From Rhizaria sp. SCN 62-66 (Eukaryota): a stretch of 55,165 nt of DNA. Location: NCBI GenBank assembly GCA_001724265.1, contig MEDY01000039.1, positions 62,001 through 117,165 on the forward strand, written 5' to 3'. The stretch's first letter is position 1; each line of letters opens with the position of its first letter. Position numbers and translations under genes: made by a program. The notes under the pieces were generated by a model. The model worked only from the letters and a program-made list of their open reading frames with translations. It was not told the DNA's origin and did no database searches. Positions 37,387-49,252 of this stretch are shown piece by piece.

Positions 37387-40300
37387 ATGAGCCTCGCTCC
37401 TGCTGTCACTTCCTCTCAGCAGCCACAGCAGCGCGGCGGCACCGCGTCAGCCTCATCAGCCCCCAGCGCCAGCGCCCAGGCAGCCGTCTCCGCCGCGATC
37501 TCCGCCGGCGCGGACCCTTCCGAGGCTTCGTCGCTGGCCATGTCCCGCGACGAGCGCGCCCGCCGCTTCGGCGTTGACTGCGGGCCTGGGCTCGACTGGG
37601 GCGTCACTTGGGCCCCCGGTGGCGACTACTGCAAGCAGCTCACCTTCCAGAACGTCACCACACAGAACCTCAAGATCACCTACGAGCTCCCGGCCTCACG
37701 TTTCTTCTTCATGAAGTTCCCCGAGCCGATCGTGCTCGCTCCCGGTGTTGCCCGCTCCGTTTCCGTGCATTTCCGCCCCGTGCGCGCCATGGACTACGCC
37801 GATACCATCCGCGTCTGCGTTACCGCGGGGCCCGGCGGGCCCGTGCAGGACGCCGCGTTTTTGCTTGGCGTGTCCGCGCGGCTCCCCCGGCTCGAGGCTT
37901 CGTTGCCCGACGCCGTTGACTTCGGTGTCTGCGCTGTCGCTCAGCCCACTGTCCGTACTATTACCATCTCTAACACCGGTGGCACGCCTGCGTACTTTGC
38001 CTGGACGCTCCCGGCCCCGCCAGGCGCTGCGGGCACGCTTCCATTTGTTGTATCGCCGGCGTCTGGTGTTATTGCGCCCTTCACTGGCACGCAAGTCGTG
38101 ACGCTCACCTTCACGCCCGCTCAAGTACGGTTATCGTTCACTTTTAAACGTGAGATTTCACTTTAATGATATTTAATTTCTAAAAAATTATGCAGCATAT
38201 TTATATTTTGTTTAATACTCTCGATAATCTAGTTGGCTTTGTCTCATTGTGTTTTTGTTTGACGTATATTTGTTCTTGTTTCATATCTATAGGCGTATTC
38301 GCTGGCAACCGCGCCTCTGACGTGCACCCTCTCAGACAAGCCTCTGCCTCCTGGCGGTCCAATGCGCGGCTCGATAACATCATCATCCGAGCCCACGGCC
38401 GTATCTTTGACTGGAGTGACTGTGAGCCACCGCACAGTTACCCTCTCCGGCCGGTCAGTCTACCCCATGCTGCGTCTCCCCACCACCACGGCTGATTTCG
38501 GACCCGTGCTCTCGGGAGCCACACGTTCCTGTGTGCTCACGCTTGCCAACGCCACAGACGCCCCCACGGCGTGGCGCTTGCACAGGGCCGACGCTGATGA
38601 CGCTGCGGCGGCCGCGGCGGGACGCTCCCCGTTCTCCATCACGCCCTCACAAGTACGCATTTTTTGAAATTTAGTTCACAAACAAGCAAAACAGCAACAA
38701 CGATATCTCGCAATAATAAGATGTATTTATCTAGAATTAGCGCGAACCAGCACTTTTGTGTTGCTTCATTGAAATTTTGTTGCACTATAATGGAAATTAA
38801 TCATACTCATGTATTCTTTGCCATCTTTTCTCTCATTTTTTTTAACCTTTCAACAGGGCACTCTTGGCGCACGTGGCTCTGTCTCGATCACCGTCCGCTA
38901 CTCGCCCCACAACGCCGGCGTTGCCTCCTGCGAGCACCTTAACCTCTCGATCCCCGGCCATCGTGGCGCCCCCCGCTCCCTTACAATTGCCGGTCGTGCC
39001 ACCGGTCCCGTCGCGCGCCTCTCAGCCTGGTCGCTTGACTTCGGTGATGTCCGCCTCCCCGATAACAGCACCACGGCCAACGCCGCCCCGGCCGCGAAGT
39101 CCGCCGGCAGCGCCAAGGCCGGCGACGGCAGTGGTACCACGCTGCAGGGCGGCGTGACCGCGACGGTGACACGCGAGCTCGTTGTGTTCAACTCCAGCTC
39201 TGCCCCGCTGCATTTCTCATTCCTCGGTCTCGAAGACGCGCCGGGCGCAGTTTTCTCAGTTACTCCGGCCCAGGGCACCGTTGCGCCCCTGCTGTCGCAG
39301 CCGCTGACGGTGCGTTTCCGTCCCGCGCTGCCGATCAACTACTACCGCCGGCTCTTCTGCTTGCTCCACGGTCAGGACCCGCTCTACGTCGACCTCCTCG
39401 GCACCGGTTTCACCGACTCTCTGCGCCCGCTGCCGTTCGCGCAGCCCCACGTCGACGCCGCGCGCGCGCGCCGGCTGCTGCACCCTCCGTCGGCGCTGTT
39501 GCCGCCTGACGCGCTGGCCTCGTTCCTCGCTTCCCGTGCCGGCGGCCGGCTCATGGCGCCTGCGATTGAGATCCTCCACTCAGGACTCACCGCTGCTGCC
39601 GCCGCCGCCGCAGCAGCACGCCCCGGCGCCCGCGCGACGACCCACGCGCTCCCCCGCCTTACCCATAGTAGCGGCGGCAACGGCGACGGCGAGTTCAACG
39701 ACGATGGTAACTTCGAGCTTGTTTTCCCTGCCAACGGCAACAACACCAGAGCTCACGCCCGCGGCGGTCACAGCGGCGGCGGCAACGTGTTTTTCGGTCC
39801 CATCCCCGCCGCAGCCGCCGCGGCCGCGTCCCCCGCAGCATCTCAGCAGGGCGCTGCGGTGGAACTCGCCGGCCGTCTCGGCACTCTGCCGTACCCGACC
39901 CCGTTCGAGCAGGTTTTCACTCTGCCGCAGTCGTCCTCCGCCGCCGCCGCGGCCGCCGTCGCGCCCGTTGTGTTCTCGCTCGACGCCCTTGCGTTCGCCC
40001 CCGCGGCCCCGCTGCCGCAACTGTCTTCGGCGCCGGGCCACGCGCTGCGCTTCACTGCCCGCAACACCACACGCGCCCGGCTATCGTTGGCGTGGCACGT
40101 CGCGCCCGTCGCGCGCGCTGAGCTCACCGCGGCCCAGCCCGGATACGCCGCCGCCGCGCAGCTGATGCCGCTCTTCACCCCGCAGCCCAGCGCGTTGGCC
40201 ACCGCGTCAGCCGCCCAGGGCCCCGCCGCCGCGGCCGCCGCGCGCGCTGCCGCCAGCTTGCAGTCGGCGCAGACCGCCGGCGTGGGCTGTTTCACCATCT

Positions 40301-43300
40301 CGCCCTGTGTTGCCGAGCTGGGCCCCGGAGAGGAGGCGCAGTTCACCGCGTTCTTCCGTCCCCCCGCGCACTCACTGTTCGCGTTCCAGACCCTCGCCTG
40401 CACGGTGTACCCCAAAGAGCAGCGCTCGTTCCGCCTTGTCGACGGCGCCGTCTTCACGCCGCCGTCTCTACTCACTTTGCCCGCGTACGGCCTTTCGTCG
40501 GCCGCGGTCTCGGCGTCGCTGGGCACTACAAACAACGGCACTGCGATGGGCTCCGGCGACGGCCGCATCCCGACCCCCGGCGCCGGTGCTTCGTCATCAT
40601 CATCCCAGTCTTCTTCTTCGGCTTATGTCGCGTCAGGCTCGTTCCAGCGCGAGCGCATCCAGTTCCCCGCGTCGTCCCTCACGCAAAAGAGCTTCCAAAC
40701 CGCGCTTCTGCGCAACTCCGGCGACACTCCGCTGCTGTTCAACTTCCCTCACCCGCGCGTGCGCGGTTTCGCGCTCTTCCCGGCGACCGGCACTGTCCCG
40801 CCCGGCGGTTTCGCGGTGATCGCGCTTGAGTTTGACCCGTCTGCCCTGGCCCGCGAGCAGCAGGAGCAGGAGCAGCGCCGCCTTGCTGTCAACGATGAGG
40901 ATAATGCTGACGGCAACGAGAGCGACGCTGAGGTTGACTCACTGGGACGCAGGCGCAGTGTTGCCGCGTCTGGGTCATCGCTTCCCGCTCTGCCTCTGGC
41001 CTCTGCGTCGTCCACGTCGTCGCTGCTCAACAACAACATCGTCAACGGCAACAACAGAGCCAATGGCAGAGCCAACGGCAGAGGCTTCGGTGCTGCTGCG
41101 GAGGATGGAAGTGACTCCCCGCGCGCGCTCGAGTCCTTTGCTGACGCCGTCGCCGCCAGCCGTGGTGGCGCTAGAAACTTCCCAGTCGGTGTCATCAACA
41201 ACACCGACGGCGACGTCACCAGCGGCGGTGTCGAGCTCGAGATGCTTTCCACGGAGGACTCCCTCGCGCGCCCAGTGCGCGTCCGCGGTGCGCACGTCTT
41301 CACTTGCGAGCTCAACGGCTCCGCAGCGCAGTCAATCCCGCTCATCGTGCGCGGCGAAGCCTTCGCGCCTGCGGCCGACTTCCCGCTCGACGCCGACTCC
41401 GCGCTCTTTTTCAAGCCCACGTGCCTCGGCATGCTCTCGCGCCGCCGCGGCGTGCTGCGCAATCGCACCCGCGCGCCTCTGCGCTTCCGGTTCGAGATCC
41501 CGCCCGGCGTCGCCTCGCGCGAAGTGTCCGTGTATCCGCGCTGCGGCGTGATCCAGCCCAACGACTCGGTGCCGCTGCTGTGGTCTTTTCAGCCTTCGCG
41601 CGTGGCGCGCGACGTGCACTCGATTCCCTGCCACATCGCTGTGGCCGACGTCGGGCCCTTGCCCGTGGTTGACGAGGACGCGCTTGCCGCCTCTGCGACT
41701 GCCGCGCCGCCCGCGCAAGCCCGCGTCGCCGACCCCGCCGCCGCCGCCGCCGCCGCCGCCGCGGGGGGCGCGTTTGACCCCGTTGATCGCCCCGCCGCGG
41801 GTCCGCTGCCGCTGTCCACGCGCGCCAACGCCGTCGCACACGCTGGTCCCGCCGCGCTGGCCTCGCCCAACACGCGCGCCGCCGCCTCGGCCGCGATGCT
41901 CGGCGGCCGCAGTGTGCGCCCGATCATCCCCGCGACTGGCAACAATAACGCGGGCAATGTAGTGATGTCGCCGTCGTCCGCGGCGCTGACCGCGCTCGTC
42001 GCGCAGCAGAACGGCAGCGGCACCGGTGGCAGCAGCAGCAACGGCGGCACTGGCGGCGGCATGAACGAGTCGACTCTGCGCCGCGAACTGCGGCAGTCCG
42101 CGCGCGCCGCCGTGCTCGCCGCGTCCCCCGAAGTCAAGTTCGAGGCGCTCCGCCGCGAGGGCGCGCTTCTCGCGCTCGGCGAGGGCGCCACGGCCCACGG
42201 CGGCGCCGCGGGCTCCACCACCACCATGGCCGCCGCCGCCGCCGTAGCCGCCGCTGGCCTCTCTGCCGGCGCCGCCGCCGCCGCTGCGGGCTACGCGCGC
42301 GGCCTTGCCGGCACGGTTGCCATGCCGCCGCGCGGCACGCCCGCGCTGGCGCACGAACGCACGGTCACGCTCACGGCGCACTGCTACTGTTCGTACGGCG
42401 CCATCACGTTCGCCGGCGGCGCTGAGCTCGCGCTCGACGCCGTGCCCGCCGGCGGGGTCGCCATGGGCACGCTGACGATCCGCAACGACTCGGACGTCGC
42501 GCTGGCCTTCGCGCTCGATGTGGAGACTGTGCTTCCGCTCGGCATTGACACCGCTGCGGTTGCGGCGGCGCAAAACCGCGGGCGTGGTCGTGGCAGTCGC
42601 CGTCGCGGTGCACCGTCGCAGCAGCGGGCTCTGACCCACGACGATGAGAGCAAGGATGCCGTGTCTGGAGCGGCCCCCCGCGCGCTCGGCGTGCTCAATG
42701 TTGAGTCCGACGGCTCCGGCTCCGACAGCAACGACGTCTACTCCGATGACGATGCCGACGACGCTCACGCTGACAACGCCGGCGACGGCAGCGCTGACCT
42801 CGACGGCGACAGCGCGGCCGCCGCGATGCTTGCCCGCAGCGGCGACGGCGGCGCGGGCAACACCGTCCCACCCGAGTCCGCCGCCGCCGCCGTGCGCCGT
42901 ATGCGCGCGCTGCACGGGCCTTCCCGCCGCCGCCGCCACGCCGCGCGCGCCGCCGAGTCAGGCTCGTTCGACGCCGCCGCCATCAACGCGGCCGCCGCCA
43001 AGCTCGTCTCGCTGCGCCCGCGCCGCGGCGAAGTGCCCGCGCACTCGACGCGGCAAATCGCCGTCTCCGTCGCGCTGCCGCGCGCGCTGCCGGGCCGCGG
43101 TGTCTGGCGCGTCGCCTGCGGGTTTTCGCGCCACGTCGCGCTCTCGGTCAAGCACTCTGCGCGCAACGCCACCGCCACGGGCTCCGGCTCCGGCGGCTTC
43201 GCGTCCGACGCAGGCGGCGACTGCGACGGCGACGACGACGACGAGGACGGGCTCTTCGCCGCCGCGGCCGCCGCCGCGGGCGAGGACGCTGACGTGGACC

Positions 43301-45208
43301 CTTCGGGCGCGTTCGCCTTCGGCGGCGGCCGCCAGAGCAACGGCCGCGCCTCGGCGCCGCGCCACTCGACCTCGCTGCTGCTCTCGGCCACCAGCGCCGT
43401 CCCCGCGCTGTCGGTCACCGGCGCGTGGCTCGAGGCCCCTACGTCCCGCAGCGCGGCGCTGGGCGCCTCTCTCGACGCCCGCGGTGCGCTGGCGCTCACG
43501 GCGACCCCCGCGCTCGCCGGCGCCAGCGGCCGCGCGCTGTGGGACCAGCTCCAGCTCGACGTCCTTAATGCGCGCCTCGCCGCCGGCAACTCCCCCGCCG
43601 CGAACGCCACCGCCGCGACCGTCTCAGCCGCGGATGCGAGCGCGGCTGTGCTGCTGGAGCTCGGCACCGGCGTCAAGGCCGCGACCCCGGCGCCCAGCAG
43701 TGGTGGCGACGCCAGCGCTGCGGGCGCGAGTGACATTCTCGGTCTCGTCGCGGCCGCGGGCCGCCAGGCGAAGCCCCAGCGGCTGCCCGGCGGCATCAAG
43801 GTCGCTTCCAGCGCTAGCAGCAGCAACAACAACGCCGCCCCTGTGGCTGTCGCGGTTGACTCCGGCGCTGCCGACGGCTCGGACGACGGCGGCGGTTACC
43901 GCGCCCTGTTCCTGCGCCTGACGAACCCGTCGCCGCTGCCGGCGCGCTGGCGCCTGATGCGCCGCGAGGATTCGCCGCCCGCGGCCGACGCCGGCGACGT
44001 CGGCGCCCCCAGTGCGGCCGAGCAGCTGTCGCACGCCATCACCGACAAGCAGCTGTTTGAGATCACCCCGCGCGCGGGCGAGCTGGCGCCCGGCGCGTCG
44101 GTCACTGTGCAGGTGACCTACCACCACAGGTTCGCCGGCGTGCACTCCGTCGACGCCAAGCTCATCATCGACGGCGGCGCGACTGCGGCGGTCAGGTTCG
44201 CCGCGCGCACGCTGTCTGCGGCGGCGCTCCGTGGGCCTGCGGCTGAGGTACTCGCGGTCAGTGGTCTCGACACGTCATACGTCCCGCGCGCTCTCTGTCT
44301 CGCACTCACCGACAACAATGCTGTCAGTGTCAATAGCGTCAATAACAGCGATGATTGTACGAAGCTAATGGCTGCGCTCGGTGACCAGGCCGCTGTGTCG
44401 GCCGCCGTCAGCACCAGCGCTGTCGCCCGAGGTGGCAGTCTTGCCGTCTCCGTCCCCGCCACGTCCACCGCGAATCGTTCTTCCGGTTCTATTGCGCTGC
44501 GCCACTGGTGGTTGGCTGACACGCCATTGGGCCTGTCCACAGCCGGCGACAACTACTGCGCGCCATCCCGCTCCGTCGCCACCGTCTCCGCCGCGGCCGC
44601 CGGTGTCGCACTCGAGGAAGCTCCGCTCCAACTGCTCACGGTCACCAACCCGTCCCCGGCACAGTGGGCCGTCTATGCGGTCCGCCCTGGTCCCTTCGCA
44701 CTCTTGGCCTCGACCTCGGCGTCAGCTTCGGCCAGCAGCGCCGGTACAGACGCGGCGGCGGACGCGCCCTCAGTCTGGGCCGTGTCTGGCGCGGTCGGTC
44801 TCATCCCGCCCGGCGGCGCCGCACGCGTCGGCCTGCGTTTCCGCCCCGTCGCCGCGCGCGCATACGCCCTGCCGCTCGCCGTCGCCGCCGTGGCGGTGCC
44901 CGCGCCGCCCGCGGACGTGGTCGCCGCCTTTGAGCCCTTCGCCAGCGAGTCTTTCCTCCCTGGCGAGGACTGGCTCGCGCTCGCGCCGCTGCCCGACGAC
45001 ACGCGCGCGCTCCTCGCTGGCCCGCTCTCTGCAGCCACCGCGGACGCCGCTGCCAATGCCGTGGCGGAGGCCGAGGACAACGGTGCTGACGCCGACACCG
45101 CCGTGCTTGTCGCCGTCGCCGCCGTCCCTCTCGCGCGCCGCTACGCCCTTGTTGCCGAGTCTGACTCTGCTGCAGACGGTGCGCTCGCGGACAGCGACGA
45201 GAGTGCTG

Positions 45209-45239
<31 letters not shown>

Positions 45240-47247
45240 GAGCAGTGTCGAGCGTGCGCGCGTGGTGTACGTCTGCGCGCACGCCCGCGGCTACGCGCCC
45301 GACGCCGCCACTGTGCTGCGCGCCGGCTCCGCGGGCGTCGCACTGCCCGCCGCCACGCCAGCCTCTGTCGCCACTGCCCTTGCGGCCCATGGCTGCCACG
45401 CGCGCGCTCTCGTCCCCGTCTCAGTCTCCGGCCCTGGCTCGCACTCTAGCTCTGGCTCCGGTGCGGTGGCGCTGGGCAGCGCAGTCGCCCGCGGCCCCTG
45501 GTGCGTGCGCTCGACGTTCCCGGCGCTCGCGACTCTGCTCGCGCCCGGCCAGGCCGTCACGCTGTCGCGCCAGTGGGCCGCGTTCGGCGACGTCCCACTC
45601 GGCCGTCGCGCCGTGCAGCTCGTCACTCTGCGCAACCACTCGACGTCGCGCGCCGCCGCGTTCCGCTGGGAAGCGCTGTCCCTCCCCGGCCTCGGCGCGG
45701 GCGCGGCGACCGTGCGCGTGGAGCCTGACGCCGGTGTGATTGCGCCGGGCCAGGCGCTCGTGCTGCGCGTGCTCTGCGACGCTGGCGCGCTGCCCGCGAT
45801 CATCGACACCGCTGTCGCGTGCCGCGTCGCGTACATCACGCCAGTCAACGCCAACGCCGCGCACACCGCGCTCACCGCAGTGCCCCGCAGCGAGTCCGCG
45901 CTCTCCGTCCACAGCGATGACGAGGACGCCAACACCGCCATTGACTCACGCCGTGCCGGAAGCAAGAAGTCCGCCACTGGCGTTGTCGCCGGCGGTGACC
46001 GTTTCGGTCTCGGCCGCCGCTCTCTCGCGCTTGCATCCCGTGTGTCCGCGGTCGCGTCGTCGGTGCTGCGCCCGCTGAACTCGCACTTGGCTGAGAAGCA
46101 CCGCACCCGCGTTGCCGCCGCCGCTGACGCGCGCGCGCGCGTGCTTGTCGCCGCCGGACTCGCCTCTGCTCCCGGCAGTAGCAACACCGGCAGCCACGGC
46201 AACAACGCTGACGGGGGCAACACAGTCACTCTCGTCGCTGTCGGTGGCAACGCTAGCCCCACGCCGGCCGAGACCGCGCGCGCGACTGCGAACGCGCTGA
46301 TCGAGCTCACCTCTGGTCAGGACGCCGCGACGGCCGCGGCCGCCGCCGTGGCCGCCGCCGCCGGCTCTGCCTCCGTTGCGGCTCCGCCCGGTCCCCAGCG
46401 CATTGCCATCGCCAACGCCGCTCTCCGCGCGCGCTTAGCGCCGCAGCGCGTGCTCGGCGACGACGTCCGCGCCGCGCTGCGCCGCCGCCAGTGCATCGTG
46501 CTGCCGCTGCGCGTCACTGCGCGCGCGCTGTCGGCCACGTCGATCGAATCCGGGGTCTGGGCGCGTGACCGTGAGCACGACCGCGGGTTCCTCCCTTCCC
46601 CCGCTATCGACTTCACCACGAATAGTAACAACAGCAGCACCAACGCTGCTGCTGCTGGTGTTGCTGGTGCGGGGCTGCTTGCGGCCGCACAGGTCGGCCT
46701 CACTGGCGCCGATGCCGTCGCCTTGGCTCTGGGCGCCTCAGCCGCTGTGGCGCCCGCCGCCGCCGCCGCCGCGCGCGCCAACGACGCCCTGCTCGAGCGC
46801 CTCTACCGCTCGGGCGACGCGGCCGCCGAAGCCGCCGCCGCGCTGGCCGCCACCGACGCCTCCGAGGCCCGCGGTGTCGTTTCCACGGCAAACGCGGCGG
46901 AGCGTGCGGCGGCGCGCGGGATAATCGCAGTCGCGCTCAAGGAGGCCGCTCGCAGCGCGCGCGTCACGGGCGCGATTGCCGCCGCCCGCGCCGCGGCGGT
47001 CACGGCAGCCGCAACGGGCGCGCCGGTCACCGCGGCCGCGTACGACGACGACGACGCTGCGGCGGAGACCGAGCGCGACGCTGAGAGCGACGTGCGCGCT
47101 GTGGCGACGCAGGAGGCGCTTGAGGGCGCTGTCGTGAACCTCTTTGCGGAGGCTGAGAGCGGCGCGTTTGATATCACGCAGCCCGTGCGGCTTGTCGCTG
47201 TGCAGGGCTTGCTGCGGATTCCTGCCACCACTGGAGCTGCGCAGTAA
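37387..47247 (+). CDS. CFAP65: Cilia- and flagella-associated protein 65 (CCDC108; multiple MSP/ASH Ig-like repeats), ~3,162 aa. Exons 37387-38124, 38293-38652, 38857-47247
   Basis: Segments FGVDC..LDW..W.PGGDYCKQLTFQN...FFFMKFPEPIVLAPG..FRP, FRPALPINYYRRLFCLLHGQDPLYVDLLGT, FFKPTCLG and LFEITPRAGEL match my recollection of CFAP65; repeated 'F.v.P..G.i.p' Ig-like units; both introns are phase 0. Confidence 0.88.
38125..38292 (+). other. CFAP65 intron 1 (168 nt)
   Basis: CAA|GTACGG ... TATCTATAG|GCG; very AT-rich. Confidence 0.92.
38653..38856 (+). other. CFAP65 intron 2 (204 nt)
   Basis: CAA|GTACGC ... TTTAACCTTTCAACAG|GGC; AT-rich. Confidence 0.92.
41737..41760 (+). repeat. Coding (GCC)8 polyalanine microsatellite in CFAP65
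   Basis: Read directly from the sequence. Confidence 0.85.
45211..45237 (+). repeat. Coding (GCT)9 polyalanine microsatellite in CFAP65
   Basis: Read directly from the sequence. Confidence 0.9.
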
Positions 47248-47953
47248 GCTGACTTACACTTTAAGCTTATAACAGAAACACAGTTACTTGAACATGAAAA
47301 AGCCCCATTATTGTTGAGGCTTGTTGAGACTAATATACAATCTTGATATTACACTAGATACGTAGTTTAGTTGTTTATTTGTGTGTATTGTTTTGTTTTT
47401 TTAAAGAGTTTTTTGGCAATGCTGCCGTGGTTGTGTTGTGTGGTGAAACAAATATTAAAGTACGCACACCAACACATCGCACTTCAGACGACACTCGAGA
47501 AGGAAAAAACGAAAAAGGAAAAGATACTAAGCAACGCAGTTTTGTGTTGCTATAAAAGAAAACAGAAAACATGATTATTTGTGTGAACCTATAGATTGTC
47601 AATAAATACCGCTTCATATTATCATCTGGGACAACAAGAGCCACGGTGGTTGCAAGGGAATCCGTTACTCGTTGTGCGTAACAACATGCAGATGTATGCT
47701 TACACTCTAACGAGCTCCCCTTGCGGCGCAAGCAGAGCGAGGTTTACTCTCATCTTGAAACAGATTGCAATCGTCTCAGAGAGATGCTGCATTGACACGC
47801 ACTATGTTCGCTTCGCTTCGCATAGCGTTGATAGAGATTGAGTTTTGTCTCACTTGCGTTTGTGTGTAGTAAGACGCGCACAGCCGGGAGCACAAACGAG
47901 GCATGTGTTTGCACTGCAATTTGTTGCGTTCAGTGCTGTCCTCGCTTGCTTTC

Positions 47954-48694
47954 TTACTTGTTCTGGAGGCGGAGCGCCTGGGCCTCGGCCTCGCGCGCGG
48001 CAATCATCTCCTGCAGCAGACGCGCGCGCTCCTGCGCACGCTCCTTGGCTGCCGTGATAACCTGCTCGACGTAAGCACGCTCGCCGGCGACCTTCTCGAG
48101 GATGGGCGCGGGGAGGTAGCGGCGCAGGTACGACTCCTTCTGGATCTCCTTGGCGTGGGCGTCCTTGCTCTGCGCCGTGGTGTAGAAGAAGAAGCTGGGC
48201 TGGCGCGTGCGCGGGTGCAGCAGCACGCGGTAGCGGATGCGCTTCTGCGCAGAGAGCTTGCGGACAGAGTTCTTGACGAAGGTGCGCGAGTAGCCCGTCT
48301 CAACCATGCGGGTGACGATCTCGTGGCGAGTCAGCGGGCCGGTGGTGTCGAGCATGGCGAGAATCTCGTGGTGCACGTGCGCGTAGCGGTACGCGGTAAC
48401 GGACTTGTAGCCGTTGTCCTTGGTAGGGAAGACGGCGTCGCGGAGAGTGAAGTGACGGGTGCGCTGGGGGATCTTGAGCTCCTCCTCCTCGACAACCTGG
48501 ATGTGCTCCTCGGCACGGAAGAACTTGGAGCGCTGGTTAGAACCGGAGCTGGGAGCAGCGATGGAGGGCTCGGCCGCGGTGGAGAAGCGGGTAGAGGGAG
48601 CAAGAATGCTCGGGAGAGCGGGCAGCAGCGACACCATGACGCCCTGCACGGGGCGCGGGGCGAGAGAGGCCGCAAGGCGACGGGCCGCGAGCAT
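47954..48694 (-). CDS. Uncharacterised mitochondrion-targeted protein (246 aa) with a winged-helix-like segment and a C-terminal coiled coil
   Basis: ATG at 48694 (MLAARRLAASLAPRP...STRFST presequence); strong C/G-ending codon bias; TAA stop. The ORF-track extension upstream of 48694 is AT-rich and looks non-coding. Confidence 0.75.
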   Translation of the reverse strand: MLAARRLAASLAPRPVQGVMVSLLPALPSILAPSTRFSTAAEPSIAAPSSGSNQRSKFFRAEEHIQVVEEEELKIPQRTRHFTLRDAVFPTKDNGYKSVTAYRYAHVHHEILAMLDTTGPLTRHEIVTRMVETGYSRTFVKNSVRKLSAQKRIRYRVLLHPRTRQPSFFFYTTAQSKDAHAKEIQKESYLRRYLPAPILEKVAGERAYVEQVITAAKERAQERARLLQEMIAAREAEAQALRLQNK

Positions 48695-49252
48695 CTTCAC
48701 AGTCAAGGGCAGGGTGCACCAAAGCACGAGCGTACAGAAGCAAAATGTAGGTGAGTAAATACGTAATACAAAAGATAGAATTTTCACAATCTTTGAAGCT
48801 ATGTCATTTCATCTAATTCCTTAAACACGACGGTTTAACCCTGCTACGAGGTGCCTTTTTATCAACGGTAGCACCGTGTTGCGGCTTGGCCTGTTTTCCA
48901 CAGTTTTTTCGGCCCCTGCCCACGGTCACTTGGCCTCGGCCCACCTGACTGAGTTCAAATTTCACCTCGGATATCACCGCCCACAATCCGTTCTTTGCCA
49001 ATGTTTGACAGTATCCATTTCTTATAGCCTTTGGTTGTTTTTTCCCTTTAATAATTCTCTCTCATCTGTCCACCTTCCACGTTTTCGAACCTCCGCCTCA
49101 ACCAACTTCTTGCACAGTTCTAGCAACCTTACGAGATTCGTGTTCCTCAGCGCCAGGGACCTTTCCATCTCTTCATTGGCTGCAGCAACTGCACCACAGA
49201 CTTAACCGCAGCGCGCGCACGACATCTACGTTGCGCAATTGACTAAGGCAAG
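48695..49252. promoter_or_regulatory. Divergent promoter region winged-helix-like gene / BBS9
   Basis: 558 nt between head-to-head start codons; contains ATTCCTTAAACACGA (48816-48830) and GTTCTAGCAAC (49117-49127). Confidence 0.65.

Noticed and set aside
48695..48735. Two candidate 41-nt 5'-UTR introns (48695-48735 minus; 53631-53671 plus) as a distinct short-intron class
   Set aside because: Only two unverified cases with no reading-frame constraint to test them; the equal length may be coincidence.
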